40,000 bases of DNA. Origin: Clostridium neonatale (GTDB taxonomy: Bacteria; Bacillota; Clostridia; Clostridiales; Clostridiaceae). The notes beneath the pieces were generated by a model that ran no database searches, had not been told where the DNA came from, and saw only the letters and a program-made list of their open reading frames with translations. Numbering within the stretch: position 1 is the stretch's first letter; the number at the start of each line of letters is the position of its first letter. The position numbers and the translations under genes were made by a program. This document shows, piece by piece, positions 17,150 to 26,951 of this stretch. The stretch lies in assembly GCF_001458595.1 (NCBI RefSeq), contig NZ_LN890328.1, positions 2,244,831-2,284,830 of the forward strand, in the 5' to 3' direction.

Positions 17150-17696
17150 TTATAAACACTTCCTCTCTTAATTGTTTATGTGTATATTGATTTAATTGTC
17201 TATGTGTAAATCCTGAAAGTATTTTATGACTGTTATAAAGTAAAGATAAATCAATAAGCATATTTAAAGGTGACATTTTTTCTAACATTAACTCAACTTC
17301 TTCATATGCCTTTTTAGAAATTAGATCAACTCTTACTTTTATTATTTCATTATCATAATCAATATTTAATGTATATCCATTTTCTCCACATAAAGCTTTT
17401 AATTTATTTTTCAAAACTCTATATGTGTATGGTAATTTTTCTATTTCTCTAGATAACAATCTAAACTTTCTATCATCTAAAGTTTCAGTGTTTTTAGGTT
17501 TAATGCTAAGCATATTCTCCCTATGAGCAACACCATATTCATCACTAGAACTTATAAATTGATTATTTTGTGCCCTTTCTATTTCTGCCCACAACATATT
17601 TATTTCTGGGTTAAGTGCTTTAGAAATCTGTTTTTGTTCTTCTGTATCTGCTAGTACTGGTGGAATATAGTCTAAAATACTAATTACTCTGCTCAC
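17142..17696 (-). CDS. XkdU-like tail/baseplate protein (DUF2313-like)
   Basis: Assigned by position after baseplate J and by the pattern ...NMLWAEIERAQNNQFISSSDEYGVAHRENMLSI... Confidence 0.65.
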   Translation of the reverse strand: MSRVISILDYIPPVLADTEEQKQISKALNPEINMLWAEIERAQNNQFISSSDEYGVAHRENMLSIKPKNTETLDDRKFRLLSREIEKLPYTYRVLKNKLKALCGENGYTLNIDYDNEIIKVRVDLISKKAYEEVELMLEKMSPLNMLIDLSLLYNSHKILSGFTHRQLNQYTHKQLREEVFINE

Positions 17697-18753
17697 TTAC
17701 AGTCCCCCTCTTAGGAATATTGTCAGCATCCAATACAAGATTTTCAGCTATACTATTTATTTTGGTATCAGCAATATCAAGTATTCCTTCGATATTCAAT
17801 AATCTTGTTTCAATTTGACTTATCCTTACTACTAAATTATCATTATCAGACCATGTCTTTTTAAGTTCAATAAAATACTCATCTATAGTGGTATTTATAT
17901 AGTCTTTTACATCATCGAAAGAATATCCACCTTGATATGTTAGATTGGTTGAAATATTAATTTCTGTTTCATTTACTGGGTTAATAACTACCTTATGGCC
18001 TATTGGCGCAAGTCCAATTCCTTCACCTTGATTTTCTATTGGATCTAATTGCTCTTGTATACTATTAATAAATTCTGTTGTTGGTTTTTGCCATGTTGAA
18101 GTGATAACAACAATTTTTATAAACTTATTACTTTCTGTAACTCTATAAATCTTTATACCACCTACACCACTTATATCATCTTTAAACATCTTTTTATAAT
18201 CTGCTCTATTCCCACCAAAGGCCTTGCTATCATAACTTTCAAAGTAATCTTTTCGCAACTCTTCTGTACCCTCTTCATCTTCTCCAGGTATTAATAATTC
18301 AGTTAATTTAGCACTTGTTAACCCTTGTATATGATCTATAGGAATCATATTTCCGAACGTACCATTTCCAATAGTTCCAAGTGTTTCACATTGTAACTTA
18401 TAGGTATGTTCAGTATCATTTATTAGTTCAATGATTCTATAACTTAAGCTATCACAAGTAAATCTTGAACCAATATCTACAGCAATATCAAATTTTCCTT
18501 TTAATACTGCATAAGTAGCATTTATAGGTGTAATCCCTCTTTCTGCTGCTCTCTTAATTAAAAATTCTCGACTTGCTGTATCAGCAAAGGTTTCACTTAA
18601 CAGTCCATCTAATGCAATATACATATTTTGAAGCTCAACGCAAACCGCTGCTACTGGAGTATGAATAGGTCCTCCTTCTCTTGTATCAAATCCACTATCT
18701 ACTCTTGCAAGACTTCTATTCACTAATAAATCATAAGTGATATCTTCATACAT
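17680..18753 (-). CDS. Baseplate J-like protein (XkdT-like)
   Basis: 357 aa with the N-terminus YEDITYDLLVNRSLARV...REGGPIHT..., typical of the baseplate J/gp47 family. Confidence 0.8.
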   Translation of the reverse strand: MYEDITYDLLVNRSLARVDSGFDTREGGPIHTPVAAVCVELQNMYIALDGLLSETFADTASREFLIKRAAERGITPINATYAVLKGKFDIAVDIGSRFTCDSLSYRIIELINDTEHTYKLQCETLGTIGNGTFGNMIPIDHIQGLTSAKLTELLIPGEDEEGTEELRKDYFESYDSKAFGGNRADYKKMFKDDISGVGGIKIYRVTESNKFIKIVVITSTWQKPTTEFINSIQEQLDPIENQGEGIGLAPIGHKVVINPVNETEINISTNLTYQGGYSFDDVKDYINTTIDEYFIELKKTWSDNDNLVVRISQIETRLLNIEGILDIADTKINSIAENLVLDADNIPKRGTVSEQSN

Positions 18754-19160
18754 TAAATGTCCACCTCCTTCTCACTATCAACATCACCAAACTTTGTATG
18801 AACGGTAAAATATAAAGTCACCTTATTCTTAACCTTCTCATAAGAAAAAGCATCAACACTATTGATACGATCATCTTGTGTCAATGCTTCTGTTATTCTT
18901 CTTTGTAACTCTGGATAAACATAAGTTATATCTTCACCGAATAAATCCTTCGTTTCTACTCCATAATTCCAACTGTATATTATATAATCATATTTTTCAG
19001 TATTTAGTCTTAAATAAATAGCTTGTTTTACTGCTTCGAGTTCATCTATTGTACCATTAATTCTATTTGTATTAGCATTTAACTTAAATGTTTTGCTTGG
19101 TACTTCTGTGAACTCTATTCTTGTTGTGTCTAATGTTGAACCTGGTATCATAATTATCAC
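18753..19160 (-). CDS. XkdS-like baseplate protein (DUF2634-like)
   Basis: Assigned by size and synteny. The GTG 19160 and ATG 19151 starts are both possible. Confidence 0.6.
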   Translation of the reverse strand: MIIMIPGSTLDTTRIEFTEVPSKTFKLNANTNRINGTIDELEAVKQAIYLRLNTEKYDYIIYSWNYGVETKDLFGEDITYVYPELQRRITEALTQDDRINSVDAFSYEKVKNKVTLYFTVHTKFGDVDSEKEVDI

Positions 19161-19477
19161 ATCCTATCTAATACAAGATAATCCTGTCCACCTTGAAATC
19201 TTATTAAAATAACTTTTTCTCCTACTTTAAGCTCATTATTTATGATTATAGTTTTGTTTACTCCATCCATAGTAATATTTTCTTTATAATTGGTAACATT
19301 TCTACTTAGTACAAAAAACTCTTTAGGAAGTATTTTTAAATTTTCCACTTCTATACTTAAAGGATTTATAGTCTTTACAGCTCCATAAGTAATATTTACT
19401 GGTTTACCTTCTGTGATTGCTTCTAATGCAAGTTTCTTTATAGTTTCATTTAAATTAGCCATCTGTAAAATACACAT
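19157..19477 (-). CDS. XkdR-like baseplate protein (DUF2577-like)
   Basis: Assigned by size and synteny. The alternative start ATG 19462 gives MANLNETIKK. Confidence 0.6.
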   Translation of the reverse strand: MCILQMANLNETIKKLALEAITEGKPVNITYGAVKTINPLSIEVENLKILPKEFFVLSRNVTNYKENITMDGVNKTIIINNELKVGEKVILIRFQGGQDYLVLDRM

Positions 19478-20423
19478 CCCCTCTTAGAGTTAAGTCCATT
19501 GTATGTTCACTTTCTTTGAATGTATGTTTTGCTTTTTCAACTAACATATAATTTTGTAATTTAATATCTCCTAAATCTAACATTATAACAACACTTGTTC
19601 CAGCTCTTACTCTTACATCTCCAGGAATATTACTTATACTTAAATTTTTAGTTTTCTTATTATATAGCTGTAATAATGCATCACACTTTGCTTGTGGATT
19701 TGTAACACTATCATCTATCTTCTCAAAGTACTGCAATAATCCCCACTTGTTTATATTACCTGTATCCTTAGACATATAAACATCACGTTTCCCAGTATCC
19801 TCATTGTCAAATGTTAATTTGATTTGATTGTAGGTATTACTATCTATAGAACTTGTATAAGAATAGTTTTCTGCTGTTTCTTCGTCAATAAGTATATTAA
19901 GCTTCATGTTCTCAATATTTTTAAGTGTTAGCTTTCCAAAGTCATCATATAAAACATAGATTTTCTTTTTATTCTGTAGAGTAAAATCTAAGGCGTTCTG
20001 AACCATATCGAATAAAGTTTTATCTTCTTCAAGTCTTTTAGGAATAATATATTCCGTATCATCAAGTGTGCCAACATTTAAATTAAACATTACTGCTAAT
20101 TCCTTAAGCATTTCATTTGCCTTTTTGTTTACATAGTAATAAGTATCCTTATTCTTAAAATATCTTAATTGATCATAAGCAGTAATATTATAAAATCCTT
20201 CTTTATCAATTTTAAAAGTGAATATAAAACCAAAGAAAACATTTTGCCCATCTTTCTTTATACTTACCGAATTACCTTCTTCTATATTTAAAACAGAATC
20301 TTTATAAATTTTAAATGTAACTTTGCCCGGACTTCCTTTTCTTTCTGTTTCCCATGTTATTCCTTCTTCTACTACAGGATAGTACATTGTTTCTTTGTTT
20401 GTTATTATTATTTCATGACTCAT
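19455..20423 (-). CDS. XkdQ-like tail/baseplate hub protein (late control D-like)
   Basis: 322 aa, following the LysM protein as in the PBSX xkdP-xkdQ arrangement. Confidence 0.65.
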   Translation of the reverse strand: MSHEIIITNKETMYYPVVEEGITWETERKGSPGKVTFKIYKDSVLNIEEGNSVSIKKDGQNVFFGFIFTFKIDKEGFYNITAYDQLRYFKNKDTYYYVNKKANEMLKELAVMFNLNVGTLDDTEYIIPKRLEEDKTLFDMVQNALDFTLQNKKKIYVLYDDFGKLTLKNIENMKLNILIDEETAENYSYTSSIDSNTYNQIKLTFDNEDTGKRDVYMSKDTGNINKWGLLQYFEKIDDSVTNPQAKCDALLQLYNKKTKNLSISNIPGDVRVRAGTSVVIMLDLGDIKLQNYMLVEKAKHTFKESEHTMDLTLRGDVYFTDG

Positions 20424-20436
20424 TTAATCACCAACC

Positions 20437-21117
20437 TTATGAGAATCTAATTACTTGACCTGGATATATTAGATTAGGATTAGATATATTATTTAATTTA
20501 GCTATCTGAGAATACTTACTACCATCACCTAAAAATCTTTTGCAAATATTCCATAAACAATCACCACTTTTTACTGTATAAGGTGGTATTGTACTTGTAT
20601 TTACTTTAGGCGGTGTTTCTTCTTTTGCAGGTATAAAAATAACTCCAGAACTACTGCTAGCCGCAATAGTAGTCTGAAGCTGAACAACCTTTGTACTAAA
20701 TGGCTTATATTGCTTTAACTTAATCGATGCTGTAACATCAAATCCCTCTTTTGCATCCTCTATAATACTGTAGTCTTCAAGAGAAACTGTTATATTGGTA
20801 CTAAATAAATCTTTTCCTTTAGATAACTCTCTGCTTACAATAAATTGAAATGATGTTTTATTTAATTTTAATTTTTCAAATTTATCTAAAAAGTACTTTG
20901 CCTCTTTAAATTTACCATTTTTATAATCTGCAAATGGATATTCAACATTTGGAAGTAATAAATCAAAACTTATTTCTGTAAGTCCTTGCGATTTTAAAAT
21001 ACTAACTTCACCATCATTTATTAGTGTTACTGTCTTATTTTTATTTGATATTTTAGTAGTCATTTTTGAAGGTGGTACAGGAAGCAGAACTTTATCCATA
21101 TAAAATTTATAAGCCAT
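20437..21117 (-). CDS. LysM-domain tail protein (XkdP-like)
   Basis: C-terminal LysM motif YTVKSGDCLWNICKRFLGDGSKYSQIAKLNNISNPNLIYPGQVIRF. Confidence 0.8.
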   Translation of the reverse strand: MAYKFYMDKVLLPVPPSKMTTKISNKNKTVTLINDGEVSILKSQGLTEISFDLLLPNVEYPFADYKNGKFKEAKYFLDKFEKLKLNKTSFQFIVSRELSKGKDLFSTNITVSLEDYSIIEDAKEGFDVTASIKLKQYKPFSTKVVQLQTTIAASSSSGVIFIPAKEETPPKVNTSTIPPYTVKSGDCLWNICKRFLGDGSKYSQIAKLNNISNPNLIYPGQVIRFS

Positions 21118-23171
21118 TATTCATGTACCCCCTCTGCACTAATATTCATCTGCTCTTCTACTTTTATAGCCAGTGTGTCAACTATCCCATCAATGTCAAG
21201 GTCACTATTAACTGAATTATAATTAGTCATATCAACCTTTATTTCTGCTGTAGTAAATCTATTAATAACTTCTTGTTCTGCAATATCTCTCATATACTTC
21301 AAATCTTCTTCTGTTATATCTAAAGCATCTTTCATGGCTCCAGTATTTTTAGCTGTATCGCCTGCGCCTTGATTTGCTCCTTCTGCCGCATCTAAAAGAG
21401 ATTGGTAATCTGTATTATCAACTCCTGAATCAAATAAATTACTTAATTTAGAATTGGCACCCCAGTTATATCCTGCCATAGCTGAAGCTCCTATATCTTT
21501 CATTTGCATTTTAGGAATTTCTATATAGTCTTCTGGTTTGTCACCTAACAAATTTTGAAGACTGGCTTTTGCATTTTGCAAAGTCCCTGTTATGCTTGCG
21601 GTATGACTTTTTTCTGTTCCAACACCAATATGAAGAAAACTCTTCACGCTATCTGGCAATATATTCATAAAAGCATTCCAAGCTCTAATAGCTAAATTAA
21701 CCCCATCTATAACACCATTAGCTAAATTAGTAGCAAAGCCATCAACTCCCTTTGTCATTGCAATACAAGCATCTATTACATTAGTTGCTAAATTGACAAA
21801 TAATCTTTTAACTGCATATGTTTTATCTGTACTAATGTTAATGAAAAACTCATAAAATGCTGCAAACTTATTCCATGTATAGGCTATTACATTCCATATA
21901 ACGGCGCCTAAACTCCAAAATATTGCTGCCACTATTCCAGTTGCACTTATATTAGTGCCTTTCCATCTGTTTATTGCTGCAACTGCTAAATAAATCACTG
22001 CTATTAATGCAATTATTGCTAATACAATCCATGTTACTGGGCAAGCCCATAACTCTGCATTAATAACTTTTTGTACTGTTGACCATACGGCTGTAGCTGC
22101 TGCTACTCCATAGGTCCCGATTGCATAAACTCCAATTGCTGCAGCTATTCCTAACACTATTGGTCCAATAATATCAAGATTATTTGCAATCCAATTTATC
22201 GCTGTCAATATCGGTTGGCTTGCCATTAAAACAGCATTTGAAATTGTAGTCCATACCTGTGCCCATGTCATAGGCATACTTTCAAATTTAGCATTAGTTT
22301 CATCAGCTGCCGCAAACATAGCTTTTTTAACAATATCTGCGGTTATTTCTCCTTCACTTGCTAAATCTTTTAATTCACCTATGGGCTTACCTATATAATC
22401 AGCTACTGCTTGCATTACATTGGGTGCTGCTTCAAAAACTGCATTAAATTCTTCTCCTCTAAGAACTCCACTTCCTAAAGCTTGTGTTAATTGGAGTGTC
22501 GCTGAACTCATTTCCTGCTGGCTAGCTCCTGCAATAGTAAACATCTTATTTAACTGTTCTGAAAAAGCTATTACTTCTTCATTGCTATTAAATGCATTTT
22601 TTGCTCTATTACCTAATTGTGCTACTGCATTAGCTGTATCAGTATAAGATGCTCTTGAACGTTGTGCAGATTGATATATCATTTCCTGTAATTCAGCAGT
22701 ACTCTGTAACCCATCATTCATCATATTAAGTCTTGCTGTAGTTTGAACAAATTGATCTGATGTATTTACCAATGCTTTAATTCCTTGAAACCCTAAATAT
22801 GCACCAGCTAAAGATTTTACTTTTCCTAAAAGGTTATCTGTAGAATTAGCGCCTTCTTTAACTTCATCATTAAATTTCTGCTGATTATTAGTTATGTTGA
22901 TTATATTTGTACTTATCTTATTTACTGTAGCGTTTACCTGCATTAGATTATTTTGAGTATTATTAATATTATTATTTATATTAGAAACTGCTTGATTGGC
23001 TGAATTTAAATCTGCTTTTAAATTACTTCCAACATTAAAATTAACATCTCTATTCATTACATTTTGTAACACTTCAAATCTATTTACTGCTCTATCTATT
23101 CCAATATACAAATTATTTAACGCACTACTAAATCTATCCTGCACCTCTATTGCATTGCTAATTGTAGCCAT
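21117..23171 (-). CDS. Tail tape measure protein
   Basis: The track ORF extends to 23210; ATG 23171 is preferred because of the GGAAGGAGG RBS. 684 aa with a central hydrophobic segment and the motif SATLQLTQALGSGVLRGEEFNAVFEAAP, which is typical of tape measure proteins. Confidence 0.85.
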   Translation of the reverse strand: MATISNAIEVQDRFSSALNNLYIGIDRAVNRFEVLQNVMNRDVNFNVGSNLKADLNSANQAVSNINNNINNTQNNLMQVNATVNKISTNIINITNNQQKFNDEVKEGANSTDNLLGKVKSLAGAYLGFQGIKALVNTSDQFVQTTARLNMMNDGLQSTAELQEMIYQSAQRSRASYTDTANAVAQLGNRAKNAFNSNEEVIAFSEQLNKMFTIAGASQQEMSSATLQLTQALGSGVLRGEEFNAVFEAAPNVMQAVADYIGKPIGELKDLASEGEITADIVKKAMFAAADETNAKFESMPMTWAQVWTTISNAVLMASQPILTAINWIANNLDIIGPIVLGIAAAIGVYAIGTYGVAAATAVWSTVQKVINAELWACPVTWIVLAIIALIAVIYLAVAAINRWKGTNISATGIVAAIFWSLGAVIWNVIAYTWNKFAAFYEFFINISTDKTYAVKRLFVNLATNVIDACIAMTKGVDGFATNLANGVIDGVNLAIRAWNAFMNILPDSVKSFLHIGVGTEKSHTASITGTLQNAKASLQNLLGDKPEDYIEIPKMQMKDIGASAMAGYNWGANSKLSNLFDSGVDNTDYQSLLDAAEGANQGAGDTAKNTGAMKDALDITEEDLKYMRDIAEQEVINRFTTAEIKVDMTNYNSVNSDLDIDGIVDTLAIKVEEQMNISAEGVHE

Positions 23172-23205
23172 AATATACCTCCTTCCTGTTTTAATGTATA
23201 AAAAT

Positions 23206-23228
23206 AGCACCTACATTAAGTAAGTGCT
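23206..23228 (-). terminator. Intrinsic terminator between the 238-aa gene and the tape measure gene
   Basis: Minus strand AGCACUUAC-UUAAU-GUAGGUGCU followed by AUUUUUAU, 5 nt after the stop at 23233. Confidence 0.6.
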
Positions 23229-23232
23229 TATT

Positions 23233-23949
23233 TTATAAATTAATTTCTCTCTTTTCGCTTGAATGATTTTCAGAAAAATGTGTTACAAAATTAATTGCAT
23301 TTGGTATATTAGTAACATCAAATGATATAAACTCATTTGTCCCATCTTTATCGTAAGTAAATATAAGATAACTTGTTATTGTTTTTGTAGTTTTCTCCTT
23401 CGCTCTTCCGCCAACCATTGCGCCTAAAGTTCCAAATAACATTTGCCCTGCAATAGCACCACCAACACTGCTAACATACGCTTTTTGAATTTCTTCATCA
23501 GTTTTTATTGTAACATCTCGTAACTTAGAAAATTCTAAATTATATATGTTTTCATTTCTTTCAAAAATCATTTTATCATCACATAGATATAAATACATAT
23601 CAGCACCTTCTGCTACTGGTAATCCATCCATATGTTTAGCACTAATACAAAGTTCTGCACCTAAAAATTGAATTCTTTGTTTTGTACCAGGCTTTAAACT
23701 AAGCTCTTTATTTATTTCAACTAGCTTATTATAATTTTCCTTTGCTTTTTCATCCGCTCTCATTTTTTCTTTTTTTGTCTTCCTAATAAGTAATATTCCT
23801 AATAAAATAAAGATAATACCTATGACTATTCCAACACATGTCGCTGGAATATTATGCTGTGACAATCCTACTATAGTAATCACAAACATGACTAAAGCTC
23901 CTACTAATAAACAGAGTATTCCTAAAAATGATTTTAAAAATCTTAGCAT
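23233..23949 (-). CDS. Membrane protein of unknown function inserted in the tail module (moron candidate)
   Basis: 238 aa with two N-terminal TM helices. A soluble domain follows, containing a Gly-zipper-like segment (VGGAIAGQMLFGTLGAMVGG). GGAGGGG RBS. Confidence 0.7.
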   Translation of the reverse strand: MLRFLKSFLGILCLLVGALVMFVITIVGLSQHNIPATCVGIVIGIIFILLGILLIRKTKKEKMRADEKAKENYNKLVEINKELSLKPGTKQRIQFLGAELCISAKHMDGLPVAEGADMYLYLCDDKMIFERNENIYNLEFSKLRDVTIKTDEEIQKAYVSSVGGAIAGQMLFGTLGAMVGGRAKEKTTKTITSYLIFTYDKDGTNEFISFDVTNIPNAINFVTHFSENHSSEKREINL

Positions 23950-23959
23950 TATATCCCCT

Positions 23960-24005
23960 CCATAAATATGTATAACATCTTTAATATTATATTACATATT
24001 TATGG
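23960..24005 (-). promoter_or_regulatory. 13-bp perfect inverted repeat enclosing a TATAAT, immediately upstream of the 238-aa gene RBS
   Basis: CCATAAATATGTA (24005-23993 on the minus strand) pairs with TACATATTTATGG (23972-23960). The 20-nt spacer contains TATAAT. The 3' arm overlaps the first Gs of the SD. Confidence 0.4.
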
Positions 24006-24014
24006 ATAATTCTA

Positions 24015-24212
24015 TCATTTTCCTCTTTTAGACTTTCTTTCAATCTCATCCTGTTTCTCTTTTTCTGCCTTTACTCTTATATCTATTGAAGCTATTACAA
24101 TAGCCTGTTCTCTATCTCCCATATTAGCGAATTTGCTAGGCTCCCAATGAAATTTGTGGAGACAATAGTAAGCATAATTAAACTCACTATCGCCTCCATT
24201 TATTAGTTTTTT
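24015..24212 (-). CDS. -1 frameshift extension of the tail assembly chaperone (GT-like product)
   Basis: The slippery heptamer A AAA AAC (24212-24206) ends one codon before the stop. The -1 frame stays open for 63 more codons (LINGGDSEFNYAYYCLHKFHWEPSKFANMGDREQAIV...KRGK*). Confidence 0.6.
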   Translation of the reverse strand, partial: KKLINGGDSEFNYAYYCLHKFHWEPSKFANMGDREQAIVIASIDIRVKAEKEKQDEIERKSKRGK

Positions 24213-24649
24213 GCTTCTTCAACCAAATCTTTTTTAGTTTCAAATCCATTAATTTTTTGTATGAATCCTAATAATTCTTGATATTCACCTGAATTATCTA
24301 CCATTTCCATTAATAGATCTTCTGGAGTCCTTACCTCATATGAATCTTGTAACTCTGCATTATATAAATCTGGCTCAACACAACTTGCAACAGCTAACTT
24401 TGTTAAGTATTTATTAGTATTAAATTTAGGTCTGAACATATTAGGTTTTCCAGTTACTTGTACATCTATAGTACAATCTTCCCTAAGTGCTTCATCTTCT
24501 TTCGCTGAAATTCCTTTCCATTCAAATTCTACTGGTTTGCCTTCCTCATCTAATAAACTTGTTGTAGGTGCATATTTAACACTTTCTCTTTGTTTTTTAT
24601 TTCCTTTTAAAAATAGTTTTAAATTACTCATTTTCATTCTCCTTTTCAT
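24203..24649 (-). CDS. Tail assembly chaperone (XkdN-like)
   Basis: 148 aa, lying between the tube and tape measure genes. Followed by the overlapping -1 frame ORF. Confidence 0.7.
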   Translation of the reverse strand: MKRRMKMSNLKLFLKGNKKQRESVKYAPTTSLLDEEGKPVEFEWKGISAKEDEALREDCTIDVQVTGKPNMFRPKFNTNKYLTKLAVASCVEPDLYNAELQDSYEVRTPEDLLMEMVDNSGEYQELLGFIQKINGFETKKDLVEEAKN

Positions 24650-24896
24650 TCATAATATGATAGTCTGTTTGCTTTTCCAAAGTAACCATAAAGTTATATG
24701 GTATTGTTATTTTTAATCTTATTTCGCTTGTATTTGGCTCAGTGTCTGCTGCTAATTTTTCTGAATGGTCAATTAAGTGTTGACCTATTATTTTATAGCA
24801 ATTTTCTGTTTTCTCTTTTAATGTTTTTCCTTTAAGAGTATTAATATCTAATATTTTAGATACATCAAATTTTTCTTCCATAACTAACAACTCCAA
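24624..24896 (-). CDS. Hypothetical phage protein
   Basis: ORF track; the alternative start is ATG 24881. No recognisable motif. Confidence 0.5.
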   Translation of the reverse strand: MELLVMEEKFDVSKILDINTLKGKTLKEKTENCYKIIGQHLIDHSEKLAADTEPNTSEIRLKITIPYNFMVTLEKQTDYHIMNEKENENE

Positions 24897-24913
24897 TATT
24901 TTTATAATTTAAA

Positions 24914-24931
24914 AGAGCACCAAAGTGCTCT
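24914..24931 (-). terminator. Intrinsic terminator after the tail tube gene
   Basis: AGAGCAC-UUUG-GUGCUCU followed by UUUAAAUU, directly after the stop at 24934. Confidence 0.5.
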
Positions 24932-24933
24932 TA

Positions 24934-25410
24934 TTACTCCATGCCATCAAGTAAAGAAAATTCTTCTGGCATTTCCCAATCTTCAAATGTTCCACTTATC
25001 TCTTCATCTAAGTACTCTGCATCTGCATCAAACTTTGCTAATATACCACTATCTAAATTACAATCCTTATGGATTATAGTTTGTCTACCAACACTTGATG
25101 TTGGATCTTCGTTAGTAACTTGAATATCAAAATAAATGTCTTCTCCAAGTTCTTTGAATCTGTATAGTAATTTTCTCATTATTGATTGATTATAATGGGC
25201 TGTTCCTTTAAATGTGTATTTGCATCCTGTAGCTTTATTTCCTTTGCTTACTTTACCTAATATCGGAACTTCTGTTTTTGTTTTCTCCATACTTGACTCA
25301 AAATTTATAATCTGCATGAAGTTATATCTTCTATTTTCTATAGTTACAAAGCACTCAGCTTTTGATCCACTTATTGCATCTTTTCCATTCATTGTTCTTT
25401 GTTTAGCCAT
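24934..25410 (-). CDS. Tail tube protein (XkdM-like)
   Basis: 158 aa, directly after the sheath gene. Sequence pattern matches Xkd-type tube proteins. Confidence 0.8.
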   Translation of the reverse strand: MAKQRTMNGKDAISGSKAECFVTIENRRYNFMQIINFESSMEKTKTEVPILGKVSKGNKATGCKYTFKGTAHYNQSIMRKLLYRFKELGEDIYFDIQVTNEDPTSSVGRQTIIHKDCNLDSGILAKFDADAEYLDEEISGTFEDWEMPEEFSLLDGME

Positions 25411-25432
25411 CTTCTTTTATCCTCCTTCTTTT

Positions 25433-26743
25433 CTATTTTACATAAACAGCCATATAAAGTTGTCCCATAGCAACTGTTGGATTAATAGTTTGAGTTAAAA
25501 GAACAGCTCTCTTAGTCTCTCCCTTTTCAACAATGACATTGTCAGAACTAAAATCTTGTATAGCTCTTATTTTTTCTAATTTTTTATCTAAATCAACTAT
25601 GTCATTCCATAATGAAACTCTTCCACTTTGGTCATTAGGATATTCGCCTATATATTTTTCATTAAATAAAGTTGCTGTATCATTTGCAACTTGGTCAAGA
25701 ACTCTCATAACTTGATTACTAGAGAAATCTTCCCCTTTTTCGGTTATATAAGTAGTTAATGTATTTATATCATTTAGGACTTTTACATCCTCACCAACTT
25801 TATGGAATATAAATTTACCAGATTTAATACCTGCAATTAAATCAGATTGCTTAGTTGTTGCATTAACAGTAAATTCACCATCATATTTTTTATTTTCTAC
25901 TGTTTTATTAACAGCACATCCACCTTCTGCACCTACTGTCCAATATATAAGTGAACTTTCTAATTCTCCAGAATCCAATACTTTATTATCTACAGAAATA
26001 ATTCCTTCATAATCTGCTTTTTCATACTTATAAAGTACTGTCTGAAATTTAGCTCCAACTTCATCTCTAAGTCTTTTTGTAAATGCTACAAATAAACTTT
26101 TTATTTGATCTGTAGTACTTAGACAACCAAGAGTATTAAAATTATATGCTTCAATTGCATCTAAAAAAGCTTGATATTCTGTTCCGGTTACTGCTTCGCC
26201 ATTTGTTCCACCTTCAAGAGCAATTCCTGCTGTGGCTTCTAAAGCTTCACTTTTCCATTCTCCTATATAATCATTTGGGACTAAATCTTTAATAGCTGCT
26301 ACAGTTTGTGTTTCTATTTCTTTATTTCCATAAAGCGTTGTTACATTATACTTTGATCCTTCATCTATATCTGTTGTTATAACAATCTTAATATCATTTC
26401 CTTTTACACCACTATACTTAGCAGTTGCAAACTTATTGCTTGCTTTGACACCTTTATTCAGTTTATAAGCATATAGTACAGTTGCATTTTTAAATAGATC
26501 TCTTAATCCTTTTAATTTATCATCATCATATGAATAGCCAAAAATCTTTAAAGAATCCTTTTGAAAATCTTCTTGTGTTACTGTAAATACTTGTTCATCT
26601 GGGCCCCAATCTAATTCCATTGGCAATGCAACATATCCTCTATCAGATAAATTAGTACTTGCTCTAGCTGCACTTATAAAATTTATATAAGCACCATTAA
26701 GCACTTTATTTTGTGTTAGCCATGTACCTCCACCTAATGCCAT
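25433..26743 (-). CDS. Contractile tail sheath protein (XkdK-like)
   Basis: 436 aa with the N-terminus MALGGGTWLTQNKVLNGAYINF, typical of this sheath family. Confidence 0.85.
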   Translation of the reverse strand: MALGGGTWLTQNKVLNGAYINFISAARASTNLSDRGYVALPMELDWGPDEQVFTVTQEDFQKDSLKIFGYSYDDDKLKGLRDLFKNATVLYAYKLNKGVKASNKFATAKYSGVKGNDIKIVITTDIDEGSKYNVTTLYGNKEIETQTVAAIKDLVPNDYIGEWKSEALEATAGIALEGGTNGEAVTGTEYQAFLDAIEAYNFNTLGCLSTTDQIKSLFVAFTKRLRDEVGAKFQTVLYKYEKADYEGIISVDNKVLDSGELESSLIYWTVGAEGGCAVNKTVENKKYDGEFTVNATTKQSDLIAGIKSGKFIFHKVGEDVKVLNDINTLTTYITEKGEDFSSNQVMRVLDQVANDTATLFNEKYIGEYPNDQSGRVSLWNDIVDLDKKLEKIRAIQDFSSDNVIVEKGETKRAVLLTQTINPTVAMGQLYMAVYVK

Positions 26744-26950
26744 CTATTTCACTGCTCCTTTCATAAAATCATTAATTAATTCATCTACTTCAGTTATTGA
26801 ATACTGTGTATCATCTTTAAGCAGTGCATTAATTAAATCCTGTTTATCAGAATACTTTTTACTTTTTAAAATTTTCTGCTTAGAATATTTATTATCATCC
26901 ATAACAAGTTTAATTTCTTCTTCTCCAACTTTTGTTGTAGTCTTAGCCAA
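26744..26950 (-). CDS. Small phage protein, unknown function
   Basis: ORF track; tightly coupled to the sheath gene. Confidence 0.5.
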   Translation of the reverse strand: MAKTTTKVGEEEIKLVMDDNKYSKQKILKSKKYSDKQDLINALLKDDTQYSITEVDELINDFMKGAVK

Positions 26951-26951
26951 A

